A stretch of DNA of 64,000 bases from contig JAXMNT010000002.1 of assembly GCA_034670305.1 (NCBI GenBank), forward strand, positions 1-64,000, given 5' to 3'. The stretch comes from Deltaproteobacteria bacterium (GTDB lineage: Bacteria; Myxococcota_A; Polyangia; Polyangiales; Houyiibacteriaceae). Below the pieces are notes generated by a model. The model did no database searches. It was not told the DNA's origin and saw only the letters and a list, made by a program, of their open reading frames with translations. A program made the position numbers and the translations under genes. Shown here in pieces: positions 51,643 to 62,429 of the stretch (positions within the stretch are counted from its first letter, which is position 1; the number at the start of each line of letters is the position of its first letter).

Positions 51643-53289
51643 GTGCCAAACGGGTGCCGAGCCAGGAACGACAGAGATCCCGCGACGGCGCGGCCGGAAC
51701 CATCGGCTCCGGCATCGGCTCCGGCATCGGCATCGGCACCGGCTTCGGCTCCGGCATCGGCTTCGGCATCGGCTTCGGCATCGGCTTCGGCATCGGCTTC
51801 GGCATCGGCTTCGGCATCGGCTTCGGCATCGGCTTCGGCATCGGCATCGGCTTCGGCTCCGGCTTCGGCTTCGGCTCCGGCCACCTCCGGGCTCCTCCTC
51901 GCACTCGCCGCAGTCGCCGCCCTCCCCGCCCCCACCTCTGGGCAGCCGCTCACCTCCAACGACTACAGCATCGACCTCACCTCGACCCCGGTCCTCGGAT
52001 CGAGCCGGATCGTCGGCCTCGGCGGCGCCCACACCGCGCTCTCCGAAGGCATGGATGCGGTGTCGTTCAACCCCGCCGCCTACGCTGCCCGCACCTTGTA
52101 CGAACTCGACGACTGGGAGTGGGAGCTCACCGGCAGCGTGTTGTTCCCCGGCTCCTTCAGCGAGCAGGACTTCTTCCTGAACGACCTGGGCGGCGGCTTC
52201 GGCACCGACAACTTCATCTTCATCGACCTCGGACTCCGCCTACAGTTCAAGGAGATCGGCGGCGGGCTCTCCTTCCAGTCCCAGATCTACGAGTACTCCG
52301 ACACCGAGAGCGTTCGATTCACGACCTGGCGGGTCGGCGGTGGCTACGCGCTGCTCGACGGAGAACTCGTCCTCGGTGCCGCGCTGCGGGTCCCGGTCAT
52401 GGCGATGGTCAGCGATGGCGAGGAGCTCGTGCGCTTCACCGGGGCCGGAGCGGAAGTCGGTGCCCTCTACCGCCCCACCGACATGCCGATCCGGCTGGGC
52501 GGCACGTTCCGAACCCCGGTCTCCAGCCAGGTGGTCGAGGACCCAGAGAACCCGACGCCGGAGCAAGTCAGTGGCTTCTTGCTGCCGGGATCGGTGCAGC
52601 TTCCGTGGGAGATCCAAGTCGGTGTCGCGGTGCAGCTCGGACCCCGGCCGCTCAACCGGCGCTACGTGCGACACAAACCCGTAGAAGACGGAGTGGTGGC
52701 CGCCCTGCGCTGGCGGTGGTGTGCGCGCGAGCGGGCCCAGGTGCGCCGAGAGATCCGCGCGGCAGGAGAGCCCATGATCCCGCTGCATTGCCCGCGATTG
52801 GAACGGCGCGCCCGCGATCGGGACTGGCGCGTGGCCGAGCGCGCCCGTCAGCGGACCGAACGAGAAGCCCTCGAGGACCGCGTCGAACGGGGAGAGGACC
52901 GGGTCGAAGCCCAATGGGAGTCTTGGTACGACGCCCTCCCCCGCCGGTACTTCCTCGCCACAACCGATTTGATCTTCACCGGTCCGGTCGACTCGGGCAT
53001 CGGCATCGACGCGTTTCTCAGGCAGCAGCAACTGCCCCGCGGCGGCGAGTGGTCCATCGGGTTCCGACTCGGCGTCGAGGGAGAACCCTGGCGCAACCGG
53101 TTGAAGTTGCGGGCCGGCATGTACGTGGAACCGGCGCGCTACCAGAACGCCGAACGGCGAACCCACGGCACGGCCGGCTTCGACCTGCGCTTGTTCCCGC
53201 TCTTCGGCACCCAGATCCGGGCCACCTTCACCTTCGACGGCGCCCGCGACTACATCAGCTGGGGCGTCGGCGTCGGCGTGTGGCACTGA
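51643..53289 (+). CDS. Outer-membrane beta-barrel protein (FadL/PorV-like) with a repeat-encoded N-terminus
   Basis: [21 protein letters not shown] hatch motif; amphipathic strands; terminal GVGVWH. Nearest in-frame start is GTG 51643, upstream of the repeat. Confidence 0.7.
   Translation: MPNGCRARNDRDPATARPEPSAPASAPASASAPASAPASASASASASASASASASASASASASASASASASAPASASAPATSGLLLALAAVAALPAPTSGQPLTSNDYSIDLTSTPVLGSSRIVGLGGAHTALSEGMDAVSFNPAAYAARTLYELDDWEWELTGSVLFPGSFSEQDFFLNDLGGGFGTDNFIFIDLGLRLQFKEIGGGLSFQSQIYEYSDTESVRFTTWRVGGGYALLDGELVLGAALRVPVMAMVSDGEELVRFTGAGAEVGALYRPTDMPIRLGGTFRTPVSSQVVEDPENPTPEQVSGFLLPGSVQLPWEIQVGVAVQLGPRPLNRRYVRHKPVEDGVVAALRWRWCARERAQVRREIRAAGEPMIPLHCPRLERRARDRDWRVAERARQRTEREALEDRVERGEDRVEAQWESWYDALPRRYFLATTDLIFTGPVDSGIGIDAFLRQQQLPRGGEWSIGFRLGVEGEPWRNRLKLRAGMYVEPARYQNAERRTHGTAGFDLRLFPLFGTQIRATFTFDGARDYISWGVGVGVWH
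51700..51881. repeat. Hexamer tract (ATCGGC/TTCGGC/TCCGGC) read as (Ala-Ser/Pro)n in the barrel gene frame
   Basis: Direct reading. Confidence 0.95.
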
Positions 53290-53292
53290 GCG

Positions 53293-53415
53293 GCCGAAGC
53301 CGACCGCGAAGCCACCGAAGCCGAAGCCGAGGCCGAAGCCGAAGCCGAAGCCGAAGCCGAAGCCGAGGCCGAGGCCGAAGCCGATCCCGAGGCCGAAGCC
53401 GATGCCTGGCCCGAC
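53293..53415. repeat. NCCGAN hexamer tract between the barrel gene and obgE
   Basis: Direct reading. Confidence 0.93.
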
Positions 53416-53472
53416 TCCGCTCATGGGGGGCCGCGGCTTGAAGCGGTTGCGTCCCGCGGGTAGGAGTGGGGC

Positions 53473-54573
53473 GTGCAGTTCGTCGACGAGGTGGAGATCG
53501 AGGTTGTTGCGGGCGACGGCGGCAACGGCTGCGTCGCGTTCCGTCGCGAAAAGTTCCGGCCGCTCGGTGGCCCGATGGGCGGGGACGGTGGCAATGGTGG
53601 GCACGTGGTGCTCCATGCGCACGACCGGCTCGCGACCCTGCTCGACCTCCAGTACCGCCGGAAGATCAAAGCCGAGCGTGGCGAAGACGGCCGCGGCAAG
53701 GACCAGTTCGGCGCCGCCGGCAAGGACGCGGTGCTCATGGTGCCGATCGGCACCCAGGTGTACGACGTCGAGACGGGCGAACTGGTCGCGGACCTGGACG
53801 AACTCGACGCCAAGGTGATTGTCGCCCGCGGCGGACGCGGTGGCCGCGGCAACATGAAGTTCTCGACCGCGCAGGACCGGGCCCCCACCCACGCCGAAGA
53901 CGGGACGCTCGGCGAACGGTTTCATCTGCGGCTCGAGCTCAAGTTGCTCGCCGACGTCGGCGTGGTCGGGTTTCCGAACGTGGGCAAGAGCACGTTCATC
54001 GCGGCGGTGAGCCGGGCGCGCCCGAAGATCGCCGACTACCCCTTCACGACCCTCGTGCCCAACCTCGGCGTCGCATCGCTCGGCGAAGAACGCAGCTTCG
54101 TGATCGCCGACATTCCCGGCATCATCGAAGGCGCCGCCGAAGGCGCCGGGCTCGGCCTCCGCTTTCTGAAACACGTGGAGCGCAACCGTGTGCTCTTGCA
54201 CGTGATCTCGATCGACCCGGACCCGGAGCGGGATCCCGTCCAGGACTTCGACGTGCTCCAGAAGGAACTCGCCCGCTTCTCCGCGACCCTCGCCGAACGC
54301 CCGATGATCGTCGCGATGAGCAAGGCCGACCTGCCCGACGTGCAGGACGCGGTGGAAGAGGTCGCCGCGGCGATGAAGGAGCGCGGGCACGAGCTGCTCA
54401 CGTTCAGCAGCGCCGCCCGTCAGGGTCTGGACGAACTTCTGGCCGCCATCGAACAGGTGCTGATCGCGAACCCACGCGAGAACCTGCCGCCGCCCGTCAC
54501 CCTGCCGTCGGCGAGCGATCGACCCCACGGCGACGCGACCGGGTTCCCCACCCGCGCGTCCGACGAAGACTGA
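53473..54573 (+). CDS. obgE: GTPase ObgE/CgtA
   Basis: FVDEV..AGDGGNG..FRREK, GFPNVGKS, YPFTT, DIPG, SKAD; SD AGGAG. Confidence 0.97.
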   Translation: MQFVDEVEIEVVAGDGGNGCVAFRREKFRPLGGPMGGDGGNGGHVVLHAHDRLATLLDLQYRRKIKAERGEDGRGKDQFGAAGKDAVLMVPIGTQVYDVETGELVADLDELDAKVIVARGGRGGRGNMKFSTAQDRAPTHAEDGTLGERFHLRLELKLLADVGVVGFPNVGKSTFIAAVSRARPKIADYPFTTLVPNLGVASLGEERSFVIADIPGIIEGAAEGAGLGLRFLKHVERNRVLLHVISIDPDPERDPVQDFDVLQKELARFSATLAERPMIVAMSKADLPDVQDAVEEVAAAMKERGHELLTFSSAARQGLDELLAAIEQVLIANPRENLPPPVTLPSASDRPHGDATGFPTRASDED

Positions 54574-55573
54574 GCGCCAACAGCACAGGCAGCACGACCG
54601 CGGGCCATCCGTGGTTCGAAGACCCTGGCGTGCGGCAACTGCACCCACCCTCATCGGTCGGGGCGCCGGCATCGGCACCGTCTCCACCATCGGACGCGCC
54701 CCCCCCGTCGATCCCCGAGTCCATCGGCCCGGCGTCGCCAGGGCCCGCGTCCATCGGGTCGCCGGCATCCACGCCCGCGTCCGGTCCGGGCGGGGCGCTC
54801 TGCACTTCGATGCGGATGCCCCAGTCTCCGTTCACCCGCACGCGGGTGTCCTCGTTCCACACCCAGCCGAGTCCCCCGGCATAGAGCAACGAACGTTCGG
54901 GGGCGATGCGTCCATCCGCATCCCGGAGCGGGAACATGCCAGGCGAGGGGAGCGACGCGTCCGCGCAGGTGGAGCTTCTGTCGCCGACCTCTTCCAGGAG
55001 CTCCACCGTGATCCGGAGGTAGGTGTTTGGCGGGTCCACGTGCAGGAGCGGTTCCCCGTCGTCGACCAGATCGAGCTGGTTGAAGTTCACCGCGTACATC
55101 GCCCCGCCTTCGCTGTCGGCGGCGGACCGGGTCAGCGGGATCTCATCCACTTCCAAGACCACGGTCTCCTCCGGCCACACCCCATCTTGCGGCAGACCGG
55201 TGATGTCTCCGGTCGGAGGCGTCACGCCCGCGTAGATGCCGAGGTTCGCAAGCGCGGTGCCTGTCTCGGTCGAGGATTGGCAACTGCCCGCCACCACCCG
55301 CGCGCTGCCGACCGCGACCCGAACGTTGCGCAGGTCGAGGGGAAAGTCGGACGCGTCGAGGCCGCGGGCCGGGGCCGGCAAGTCCCGGAAGACCACCCCG
55401 AACTTCTCGCCGGCGCAGAACCCGCACGTGAGCGCGGTCGGGGAATCGCCGCCGAGGGTGTCGAACGCCACCACCCGCTGGGCATCCGCGCTCGACGGCG
55501 TCGACGCGAGCACCACGGCGAAGGCTGCGAGTCGGACGAGAGGGCGTGATCGGTGAACCGGTGAGGGGCGCAT
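54497..55573 (-). CDS. MYXO-CTERM sorted surface protein
   Basis: Signal peptide; DAG-rich linker; GGCSC..W..VVLPVLLALSLRR. Confidence 0.85.
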   Translation of the reverse strand: MRPSPVHRSRPLVRLAAFAVVLASTPSSADAQRVVAFDTLGGDSPTALTCGFCAGEKFGVVFRDLPAPARGLDASDFPLDLRNVRVAVGSARVVAGSCQSSTETGTALANLGIYAGVTPPTGDITGLPQDGVWPEETVVLEVDEIPLTRSAADSEGGAMYAVNFNQLDLVDDGEPLLHVDPPNTYLRITVELLEEVGDRSSTCADASLPSPGMFPLRDADGRIAPERSLLYAGGLGWVWNEDTRVRVNGDWGIRIEVQSAPPGPDAGVDAGDPMDAGPGDAGPMDSGIDGGGASDGGDGADAGAPTDEGGCSCRTPGSSNHGWPAVVLPVLLALSLRRTRGWGTRSRRRGVDRSPTAG

Positions 55574-55601
55574 GGGCCCAGCCTACGATACGGTCCGCTC
55601 C

Positions 55602-56573
55602 GTGACGACGGCTGAGCCCGACGCGCTCAAACGCGCCCTGATCGAGAGAGCCGAAGCGCTCGGCTTCGAACGCTGCGGGTTTGCGCGCGCCGAGGCGCTG
55701 ACGCCGGAGGGCGGCCAGCTGGACGCGATGATCGAAGCGGGCCGCCACGGCGACATGGAGTGGCTCGCCGACACCAAGGACGTGCGCGCCGATCCGAACC
55801 ACCCCGGCATGCTCCCGGCCGCCCGCACCGTGGTCGTGCTGGTCGCGCCCTACGCACGCGCCGATGCGCCGCTGCTCCCGCCGCCCTTCAAAGTCGCCCG
55901 CTACGCGGCCGGCCGCGACTACCACAACGTTCTGCGCAAGCGGCTGCAGAAACTCGAGAAGTGGCTGCGCTCGATGGGCCACGAAGTCCGCCACTCGGTC
56001 GACTCCCGCCCAGTGCTCGAACGCGCGTGGGCCGAGCGTGCGGGCGTCGGGTTCGTTGGCAAGAACTGCTGCCTCATCGTCCCCGGCCTCGGCTCCCACC
56101 TCTTCCTCGCGACGCTGGTGACGTCCGCCGAGATCGCGCCGGACCCGCCGATGAAGCGACGCTGCGGCGATTGTCGGCTCTGCCTCGACGTGTGCCCGAC
56201 CGACGCGTTCGTGGAGCCGCGGGTGCTCGATGCCCGTCGATGCATCTCCTACCTGACGATCGAACAAGAGGGCGAGATCGAACCGGCGCTGGCCGCGCGG
56301 CTGGATGGATGGGTCTTCGGCTGCGATGCCTGCCAAGACATCTGTCCCTACAACCGCACGTCGTTGCCGGACGAATCCACCACCGAGCCGTTCGCCCGGC
56401 ATCCACGCTGGGATGTGCCGGTCGAGCGGCTCATGGGGATGAACGACCACGAATTCGACCAGTGGTCGCTCGGATCGCCCCTGCGCCGAACAGGCCGAAC
56501 TCGGTTTCAGCGCAACCTGAAGCTGGTCCTCGCCCACCCGCCCAAGTCCCCCGACGGAGACGGGCGACATTGA
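55602..56573 (+). CDS. queG: tRNA epoxyqueuosine(34) reductase QueG
   Basis: ARYAAGRDYH, VDSRPVLER, GKN, CGDCRLCLDVCPT, RCISYLTIE, FGCDACQDICP. Confidence 0.96.
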   Translation: MTTAEPDALKRALIERAEALGFERCGFARAEALTPEGGQLDAMIEAGRHGDMEWLADTKDVRADPNHPGMLPAARTVVVLVAPYARADAPLLPPPFKVARYAAGRDYHNVLRKRLQKLEKWLRSMGHEVRHSVDSRPVLERAWAERAGVGFVGKNCCLIVPGLGSHLFLATLVTSAEIAPDPPMKRRCGDCRLCLDVCPTDAFVEPRVLDARRCISYLTIEQEGEIEPALAARLDGWVFGCDACQDICPYNRTSLPDESTTEPFARHPRWDVPVERLMGMNDHEFDQWSLGSPLRRTGRTRFQRNLKLVLAHPPKSPDGDGRH

Positions 56574-56605
56574 CCGCGTGGCGCCCGGTCCCTTACGTTG
56601 ATCGC

Positions 56606-57457
56606 ATGCTTGATTGGTTTTCGCGGGGAGGCCTGACGTCCTGCCTCGTGGTGTGTGTGGTTGGCATCGGCTGCGGCGACGACGATCGACCGGGCGGCAT
56701 GGACGCCGGGCGCGACGCCACCACCGCGGATGCCGGCGTGGATGCACCCTCCGGATGCATGAGCGAAGCCGAATGCGACGATGGCTTCGCGTGCACGATC
56801 GACATGTGCACGGTCGACCGAATCTGCCGCCACACCCCACTCAACGAACGGTGCGAAGACGGCGAGCTCTGCACGCTCGACCGCGGATGTGCCTCGGGCT
56901 GCGTGACCGGCGAAGACTGCGACGACGGCAACTTCTGCGACGGGGTCGAGCGCTGCATCGCCGGCGACTGCTTCGAAGCCCTCGAACCCGTCGACTGCGA
57001 CGACGGCAACGCCTGTTCGATCGACTCGTGCGACCCCGAGGCCGGCGCGACCGGCGCGTGTTCGTACGACGTCAGCGCGTGCGACGCCGGCGTCCCGATG
57101 GGCGACGGAGGCATGCCGCCGGTCGATTTCGACCCCGACGTGCACTACGAGGGGCGCTTCGTGGTCGCCCCCGCACCGAGCCTCGGCTGTCCACCGGCCA
57201 GCTACTCCTTCAGTGAAGTGCGCATGACCATCGTGGGCGACGAGCTGCGGATCACCGCCGACCGCTTCACCCTCATCCAGAACCCGCGACCGACCGGCAA
57301 CATGTTCGACGCGAGCAGCACCGCGGACGCGAACTGCAATCCGGTCCGTCTGGTCGGTTCGTTCTCCGACTCGAACCTCTTGAGTGCGACCTGGACAGCG
57401 AGCTGCAGCGGCTTTTGCGGCAACCAAACCCGAGAAATCGTGGGAGAGCGAAGATGA
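56606..57457 (+). CDS. Cys-rich lipoprotein with CDDGxxCTIDxC repeats
   Basis: Lipobox GIGC-GDDD; repeats; C-terminal beta domain. Confidence 0.82.
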   Translation: MLDWFSRGGLTSCLVVCVVGIGCGDDDRPGGMDAGRDATTADAGVDAPSGCMSEAECDDGFACTIDMCTVDRICRHTPLNERCEDGELCTLDRGCASGCVTGEDCDDGNFCDGVERCIAGDCFEALEPVDCDDGNACSIDSCDPEAGATGACSYDVSACDAGVPMGDGGMPPVDFDPDVHYEGRFVVAPAPSLGCPPASYSFSEVRMTIVGDELRITADRFTLIQNPRPTGNMFDASSTADANCNPVRLVGSFSDSNLLSATWTASCSGFCGNQTREIVGERR

Positions 57458-58668
57458 CTGCGTTTCGAGAAGCCAGCACCGGACGTGACTGGAAGATCCT
57501 CATCGGTGTGCTGGTGTGCTTCGGGGTCGCGTGCGGCGGAGACGACGACCGGAGCCGGATGGACGCGGGCGGCGGCGGGCGCGACGGCGGCGGAAGCTGC
57601 GAGAACGACGAAGACTGCGACGACTCGGCGGCCTGTACGATCGACTCCTGCGGGGTCGGCAACACCTGCCGCTACGATCCGATCGCGGAGCGTTGTCCCG
57701 GACAGATCTGCGAGCCCTTCCGCGGCTGCGTGGACGAGCCGAGCTGCACCTCGGACGAAGCGTGCGACGACGGGTTCAGTTGCACGCTCGACAGCTGCGG
57801 TGTGGGTGGCGAGTGCCGGAACATGCCGCTCGACGAGCTGTGTGAATCGGTCGGTCCGGGATCCACATGCGCACCGGCAACGGGCATGGCGACCACCGGC
57901 TGCACCGAAGCCACCGGTTGTGCGGGCGACGAGGACTGCGACGACGAGGTGGAATGCACCCTCGACGTCTGCGGCGTGGACGCGATGTGCGACCACACGC
58001 TGATCGATGAGCGCTGCCCCGAGGGCGAAGCCTGCACCCTCACCGGCTGCTTCGCACCGATGGACTGCACCGACAGCGACATGTGTCAGGACGGCGACTT
58101 CTGCAACGGCGCCGAGTTCTGCGAAGACGAGTTCGGCTGCCGCCCTTCGCCGGCGCCACGCGTCTGCATGGACACCGACGACTGCACCATCGACAGCTGC
58201 GAACCCTCACTCGGTGACGGCGGCGCGTGTCTCTTCCGCTGCGACACCTCCCGCCCCGAGTGCGACTGCCCCGTCGCGGAGACTCCGTGCGACGGAATCT
58301 TCGACATCTCCCCGGTCCCGACCCAGCGCTGCGCCGACTTCGGGAGCGCCCAGGTCGACTACTCGGTCTCAGAGGTCGAGTTCTCCTGCATCGGATCGGT
58401 GCTCAGCGTCGACGCCCGCGACGTGCCGAACCCCTCGATCAACTCCGCGCTCACCCAGTCCCCCCGCTCCGGCGACGACACCTTCATGGTGGAAGCCGTG
58501 GTCGAAGGTGGCTGCGAAGAGCGCTACCGCATCACCGCCACCTTCGTCGACGAGACGACGTTCATGGGCACCTGGGAAGCCGAGTACATCGAGGTCAGCG
58601 GTCTCGGCGAGTGCGCCTTCAGCGGTTGTCGAAACCAAACCGTCGCCATCACCGGCACCCGCCGCTGA
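57454..58668 (+). CDS. Cys-rich lipoprotein, paralog of the upstream gene
   Basis: ATGA overlap; GVAC-GGDDD; more repeat copies; similar C-terminal domain ending C.NQT..I.G.RR. Confidence 0.85.
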   Translation: MTAFREASTGRDWKILIGVLVCFGVACGGDDDRSRMDAGGGGRDGGGSCENDEDCDDSAACTIDSCGVGNTCRYDPIAERCPGQICEPFRGCVDEPSCTSDEACDDGFSCTLDSCGVGGECRNMPLDELCESVGPGSTCAPATGMATTGCTEATGCAGDEDCDDEVECTLDVCGVDAMCDHTLIDERCPEGEACTLTGCFAPMDCTDSDMCQDGDFCNGAEFCEDEFGCRPSPAPRVCMDTDDCTIDSCEPSLGDGGACLFRCDTSRPECDCPVAETPCDGIFDISPVPTQRCADFGSAQVDYSVSEVEFSCIGSVLSVDARDVPNPSINSALTQSPRSGDDTFMVEAVVEGGCEERYRITATFVDETTFMGTWEAEYIEVSGLGECAFSGCRNQTVAITGTRR

Positions 58669-58682
58669 ACAAGTAGCCACCG

Positions 58683-58911
58683 TTCGGCATCGGATTCGGC
58701 GTCGGCTTCGGCTTCGGCTTCGGCATCGGCGTCGGCTTCGGCGTCGGCGTCGGCTTCGGAATCGGCTTCGGCTTCGGCTTCGGCTTCGGCGTCGGGTTCG
58801 GAATCGGCTTCGGCGTCGGCGTCGGGTTCGGCTTCGGCTTCGGCGTCGGGTTCGGAATCGGCTTCGGCGTCGGCTTCGGCTTCGGCTTCGGCTTCGGCAT
58901 CGGCGTCGGCG
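58683..58911. repeat. Hexamer tract (TTCGGC/GTCGGC/ATCGGC)
   Basis: Direct reading; between convergent genes. Confidence 0.95.
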
Positions 58912-59122
58912 TCTACATGGGGATTGTCGCTCCGCGGCTGGGCTCGACCTCCTCGTCGGATGCCTCCTGCGGGGGCCGACCGCTCGCTCCGCTCGACTGC
59001 CCCACCGCTCTTCTACATGGGGATTGTCGCTCCGCGGCTGGGCTCGACCTCCTCGTCGGATGCCTCCTGCGGGGGCCGACCGCTCGCTCCGCTCGACTGC
59101 CCCACCGCTCCGCGACAATCCC
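58912..59122. repeat. Two identical 99-bp direct repeats (period 100) of a REP/MITE-like element; the second is closed by the 11-bp inverted repeat GGGATTGTCGC...GCGACAATCCC
   Basis: 58912-59010 equals 59012-59110; inverted repeat arms at 59020-59030 and 59112-59122. Confidence 0.9.
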
Positions 59123-59145
59123 GCGGTTCGGCTTCGGCTTCGGTG

Positions 59146-59541
59146 CTACCGCCCCGGGTGCCGATGCACCCCGCACACCTCGCTCGTACACACATCCTCG
59201 CGCCCCGTCAGCCGCAGCCGGTTGCGCGCGAACCACTGGTACCCGACCTCTGCGAGGTGTCGCACGCCCGGCAAGCGGGTGATGGTCACCAACGGGCCGA
59301 GCCCGACCGCGCTGTACAACCGCCGGAACACCTCCACCCCTTCGATCCACTCGCCATTCGCGCGGCCCTGGATGTGGCCCATGAAGGTGGAGAGCGTTCG
59401 CCCGTAGAGGCTCGCATCGAACGTGGGCTCGGAGATGTCGGTGAACTGGATGGACCGACGGCGATCCAACTTCTGGAGCAATCGAATCTCCCGCACACAA
59501 AGCGGACAGTCTCCGTCGTAGAACACTTCGATCTCAGCCAT
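59146..59541 (-). CDS. DCC1-like thiol-disulfide oxidoreductase (DUF393)
   Basis: [17 protein letters not shown]; 8-nt overlap with upstream stop. Confidence 0.92.
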   Translation of the reverse strand: MAEIEVFYDGDCPLCVREIRLLQKLDRRRSIQFTDISEPTFDASLYGRTLSTFMGHIQGRANGEWIEGVEVFRRLYSAVGLGPLVTITRLPGVRHLAEVGYQWFARNRLRLTGREDVCTSEVCGVHRHPGR

Positions 59542-61360
59542 GCGCATCCTCCTCGTCGTTCGGTCGGGCCGGGGGACGATCGGGGTCGTCGTCTTCTGAG
59601 CTGTCCTCGGACTCTTCTTCGGATGCCCCGTCTCCATCGGATGCACCATCGGGCGCGGACTCGGCCTCGCCCTCTCCCTCGCCCTCAGCCTCGCCCTCTT
59701 CGGGTGGGCTTTCTTCGCGCTCGGCTTCGGTTCCCCACGTCGGGTCCGATCCCTGCGGCACCAGCGATCGAGGTTGCAGGCCGTCCTGAAACGGGGTGTC
59801 GCTTCGGGGTTGAGGCGAACTCGAGGGTGGGTTCGCGAGGATGTACGGCTCGGCGTTGAACGTGCCGCACTGGCGGTTGTTGCGGTTGAAGGTCCAGTGC
59901 ACGTACGCCCGACCGTCGCCGGACAGGATGCGGTCCGGCGGCGCGGGGTACGGCGCGGCCCGCATCACGGCGTTGTACGCACCGTAGTCGAAGGGCAGCA
60001 GCCCACTCGTGCGCACGATCCCCACCCGATGCAGCGAGCCATCGCGGTTGAAGATGATCTCCAGTTTGGTCAAGAGCCCCATGTCGTTGAACGGGTTGCC
60101 CGCCGACGCTGGGATGTTGTCGATGAACCCCTGCACGTACTGCGGGTGGATCCGGCGGTGCACCGCCGAGATGTAGTTCGCGAACGGCGACGCTGCGGCG
60201 TTGAGGGAGGTCTGGTTGCCGGGCCGTACCTCGGAGCGGTAGTTCTCGAGCGCGGCACGAAAGTCCGACCACCGCTGCTCGCGCTCCCGTTGGTGCCCAC
60301 GCTGCTTGCTGAGCCGCTGTTGGGCATACGCCTGACGCTCACGGGCGAGCGTGTCGGTCCCGACGGCGCGCTCGAAATCATTCCACGAGAGGCGGGTGCC
60401 CGGCGCACCCACGCCAAGCCCCCGTCGCCCCGTGCCTCGGCCCCGCCGCGCACGTTGACCAGAGCGCGCTTCGCGTTCGCCGCCTTCCCCTGCGACCGTT
60501 CCTTCGGGTTGTACCCGGCGCCGGACGGTGAACGTGCCGATGCCGTCGCTGAGCGTCACCGTCTCCCACGCATCGGGTGGATCGCCGCCGCCGGCCGACT
60601 GCGCCGCACGCTCGCGCTGCGCCCGCGCCCCTTCTTCGGGGTTGTGGCGGGCCAAGGCTTGTTCTGCGCCCACGGACTCTTCGCCCACGGCCGACTGCTG
60701 GGCCAGTTCCGCGGCGATGTCGTTCTCCGCATCCTCCGCCGCAGCTTCTTCGTCCGCGTTGCCGAGGTCGGTGGACTCGGTCTGCTCCAGCGGTTCGCCC
60801 GCAGAGAGTTCTTCCGAGTCCTGCACCAGGCTGGTCAACTCCGCGACGGTCTCTTCTTCGACCCGGTTGTTCTCTTCCGCCAAGTACTGCGCATTCTCCG
60901 GCGCCTCCACAGTGGGATCCTGCGATCGTTGGGTGACCGCCGGGACGTCGCGCCGACCATCCGGCGGCACCGTCTCGTGCTCCTCCGGTTCGGGCTCAGG
61001 CTCCGGTTCGGGTTCGGGCTCCGGTTCGGGTTCATCGAGGCGTTCCGGGTCAACAGGCTGCGGGATGCTGGGGCCGTCTTCGAGTGCGCCCTCCGCTTCG
61101 GCGGGCGGCGCCTCCGGCTCTGGCACCCCATCCCCACTCGGCGGCTCGGGCTCCGGAAGCTCCACCTCCCACGAGCTGGCGTCCCCCACTTCCATCCACT
61201 CGGTGGGCTCCGGCCGCTGAGACTCGAGCAGCGCCATCCACTCGCGTGCTTTCACCCCCAGCCAGGTGTGGGCGCCGGTATGGAGAAAGAGCGACAGGGC
61301 GAGCGCAGCGAGCGCCACCCACCACACCGGTTCACCATTGCGTTTGAGACCAGGCCGCAC
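59534..61360 (-). CDS. TonB-family protein
   Basis: TM helix with SxxxH (SLFLH), EP-rich linker, C-terminal [31 protein letters not shown]. Confidence 0.85.
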   Translation of the reverse strand: MRPGLKRNGEPVWWVALAALALSLFLHTGAHTWLGVKAREWMALLESQRPEPTEWMEVGDASSWEVELPEPEPPSGDGVPEPEAPPAEAEGALEDGPSIPQPVDPERLDEPEPEPEPEPEPEPEPEEHETVPPDGRRDVPAVTQRSQDPTVEAPENAQYLAEENNRVEEETVAELTSLVQDSEELSAGEPLEQTESTDLGNADEEAAAEDAENDIAAELAQQSAVGEESVGAEQALARHNPEEGARAQRERAAQSAGGGDPPDAWETVTLSDGIGTFTVRRRVQPEGTVAGEGGEREARSGQRARRGRGTGRRGLGVGAPGTRLSWNDFERAVGTDTLARERQAYAQQRLSKQRGHQREREQRWSDFRAALENYRSEVRPGNQTSLNAAASPFANYISAVHRRIHPQYVQGFIDNIPASAGNPFNDMGLLTKLEIIFNRDGSLHRVGIVRTSGLLPFDYGAYNAVMRAAPYPAPPDRILSGDGRAYVHWTFNRNNRQCGTFNAEPYILANPPSSSPQPRSDTPFQDGLQPRSLVPQGSDPTWGTEAEREESPPEEGEAEGEGEGEAESAPDGASDGDGASEEESEDSSEDDDPDRPPARPNDEEDAHG

Positions 61361-61517
61361 CCCCTCACCCTACGGCCTCCGCAGTGCCGCGCCAACGTTC
61401 CGTGCGCTGGGCCGACGCAGTGTCGGCCCGAGGTGCGGGGTCTCGATCGAGACGGAATGACACAGCGGATGCGAACCGATGTTCACACCCGCTGAAGGTC
61501 ATTCGAACTGTCTCAGG

Positions 61518-62174
61518 CTAGCGAACGCGGACCGTCGCCGAACGGGTCCTCGTGCCGCCCCCACCCCGTACCGTCGTGGTTCGGGTCCGGGTCGTGCGGG
61601 TGTTGGTGTTCACTCGCGTGTTGCGTCGCCGGGTTGGGGTCGAAACCCGCGTGTTGGTGCGGACCCCGCGGTTCGAGCGAACCGTCGTGGTGCGTCGGAC
61701 CGGCTGGCTGCGGACGGTCGTGGTGCGCCGCACTGGCTGACTTCGTACGACCGTTCCACCCCGGTTGCCCCGGACGACCACGGTGCCGCCGTTGCCACGA
61801 TACCCGCGGTTGTTGGTCCGCACGACCGTGGTGCCGCCGTTGCCTCGCCAGTTCCCCTGGACGTAGACGTAGCCGTTGCCACGTCGTTCCCAGCGGGGCT
61901 GGACGTAGACGTAACCCTGGCGGGGCTGCTGGTAGTAGCCGTCCACCCACACGTACTGGGCGCCGTTCCACTGGTAGTGACCGTCGACCCAGATGGCGCC
62001 CTGGTAGGGCATCTGCGGGCGGTTCACCACCACGCGCCGCGCGGGCGGCGGCTGGTACACGACGGTTCCGGAGACCTGCGCCGTGCCGTAGACGGGCGGG
62101 CGAATGTAACAACCGGAGGCGCCGAACGCCCCGAACCCGATCGCGGCGGCCAAAAGAGTGGGGGTGAGCTTCAT
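61518..62174 (-). CDS. YXWGXW-repeat lipoprotein with Arg/Thr/Val-rich tail
   Basis: Lipobox ASGC; WVDGHYQWNG.QYVWVDGYY, YVYVQPRW, YVYVQGNW; SD AAGGA. Confidence 0.82.
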   Translation of the reverse strand: MKLTPTLLAAAIGFGAFGASGCYIRPPVYGTAQVSGTVVYQPPPARRVVVNRPQMPYQGAIWVDGHYQWNGAQYVWVDGYYQQPRQGYVYVQPRWERRGNGYVYVQGNWRGNGGTTVVRTNNRGYRGNGGTVVVRGNRGGTVVRSQPVRRTTTVRSQPVRRTTTVRSNRGVRTNTRVSTPTRRRNTRVNTNTRTTRTRTTTVRGGGGTRTRSATVRVR

Positions 62175-62429
62175 GTTCTTGTTCCTTGAGGGTGGGCCTG
62201 AGAGCCGTGTCGCACTGTAATCATGTCTGGGAAAGTTGCAGAAACTTGCAGCGGCTCGGGACAGAATCCGCAGCGCGCGTGACGGGTCGCGGAGCAACCG
62301 TTGCAAGCATGATGCCTGGCCGGAGCGCGTTTGAGAACTGAGACCACGACCGCGCTGAGAACCGACTCGACACGCCCACCGAGAAATGGTTGGGTCGCCG
62401 GCCGGCGCTGGACTGAGGAACGAACAGAC

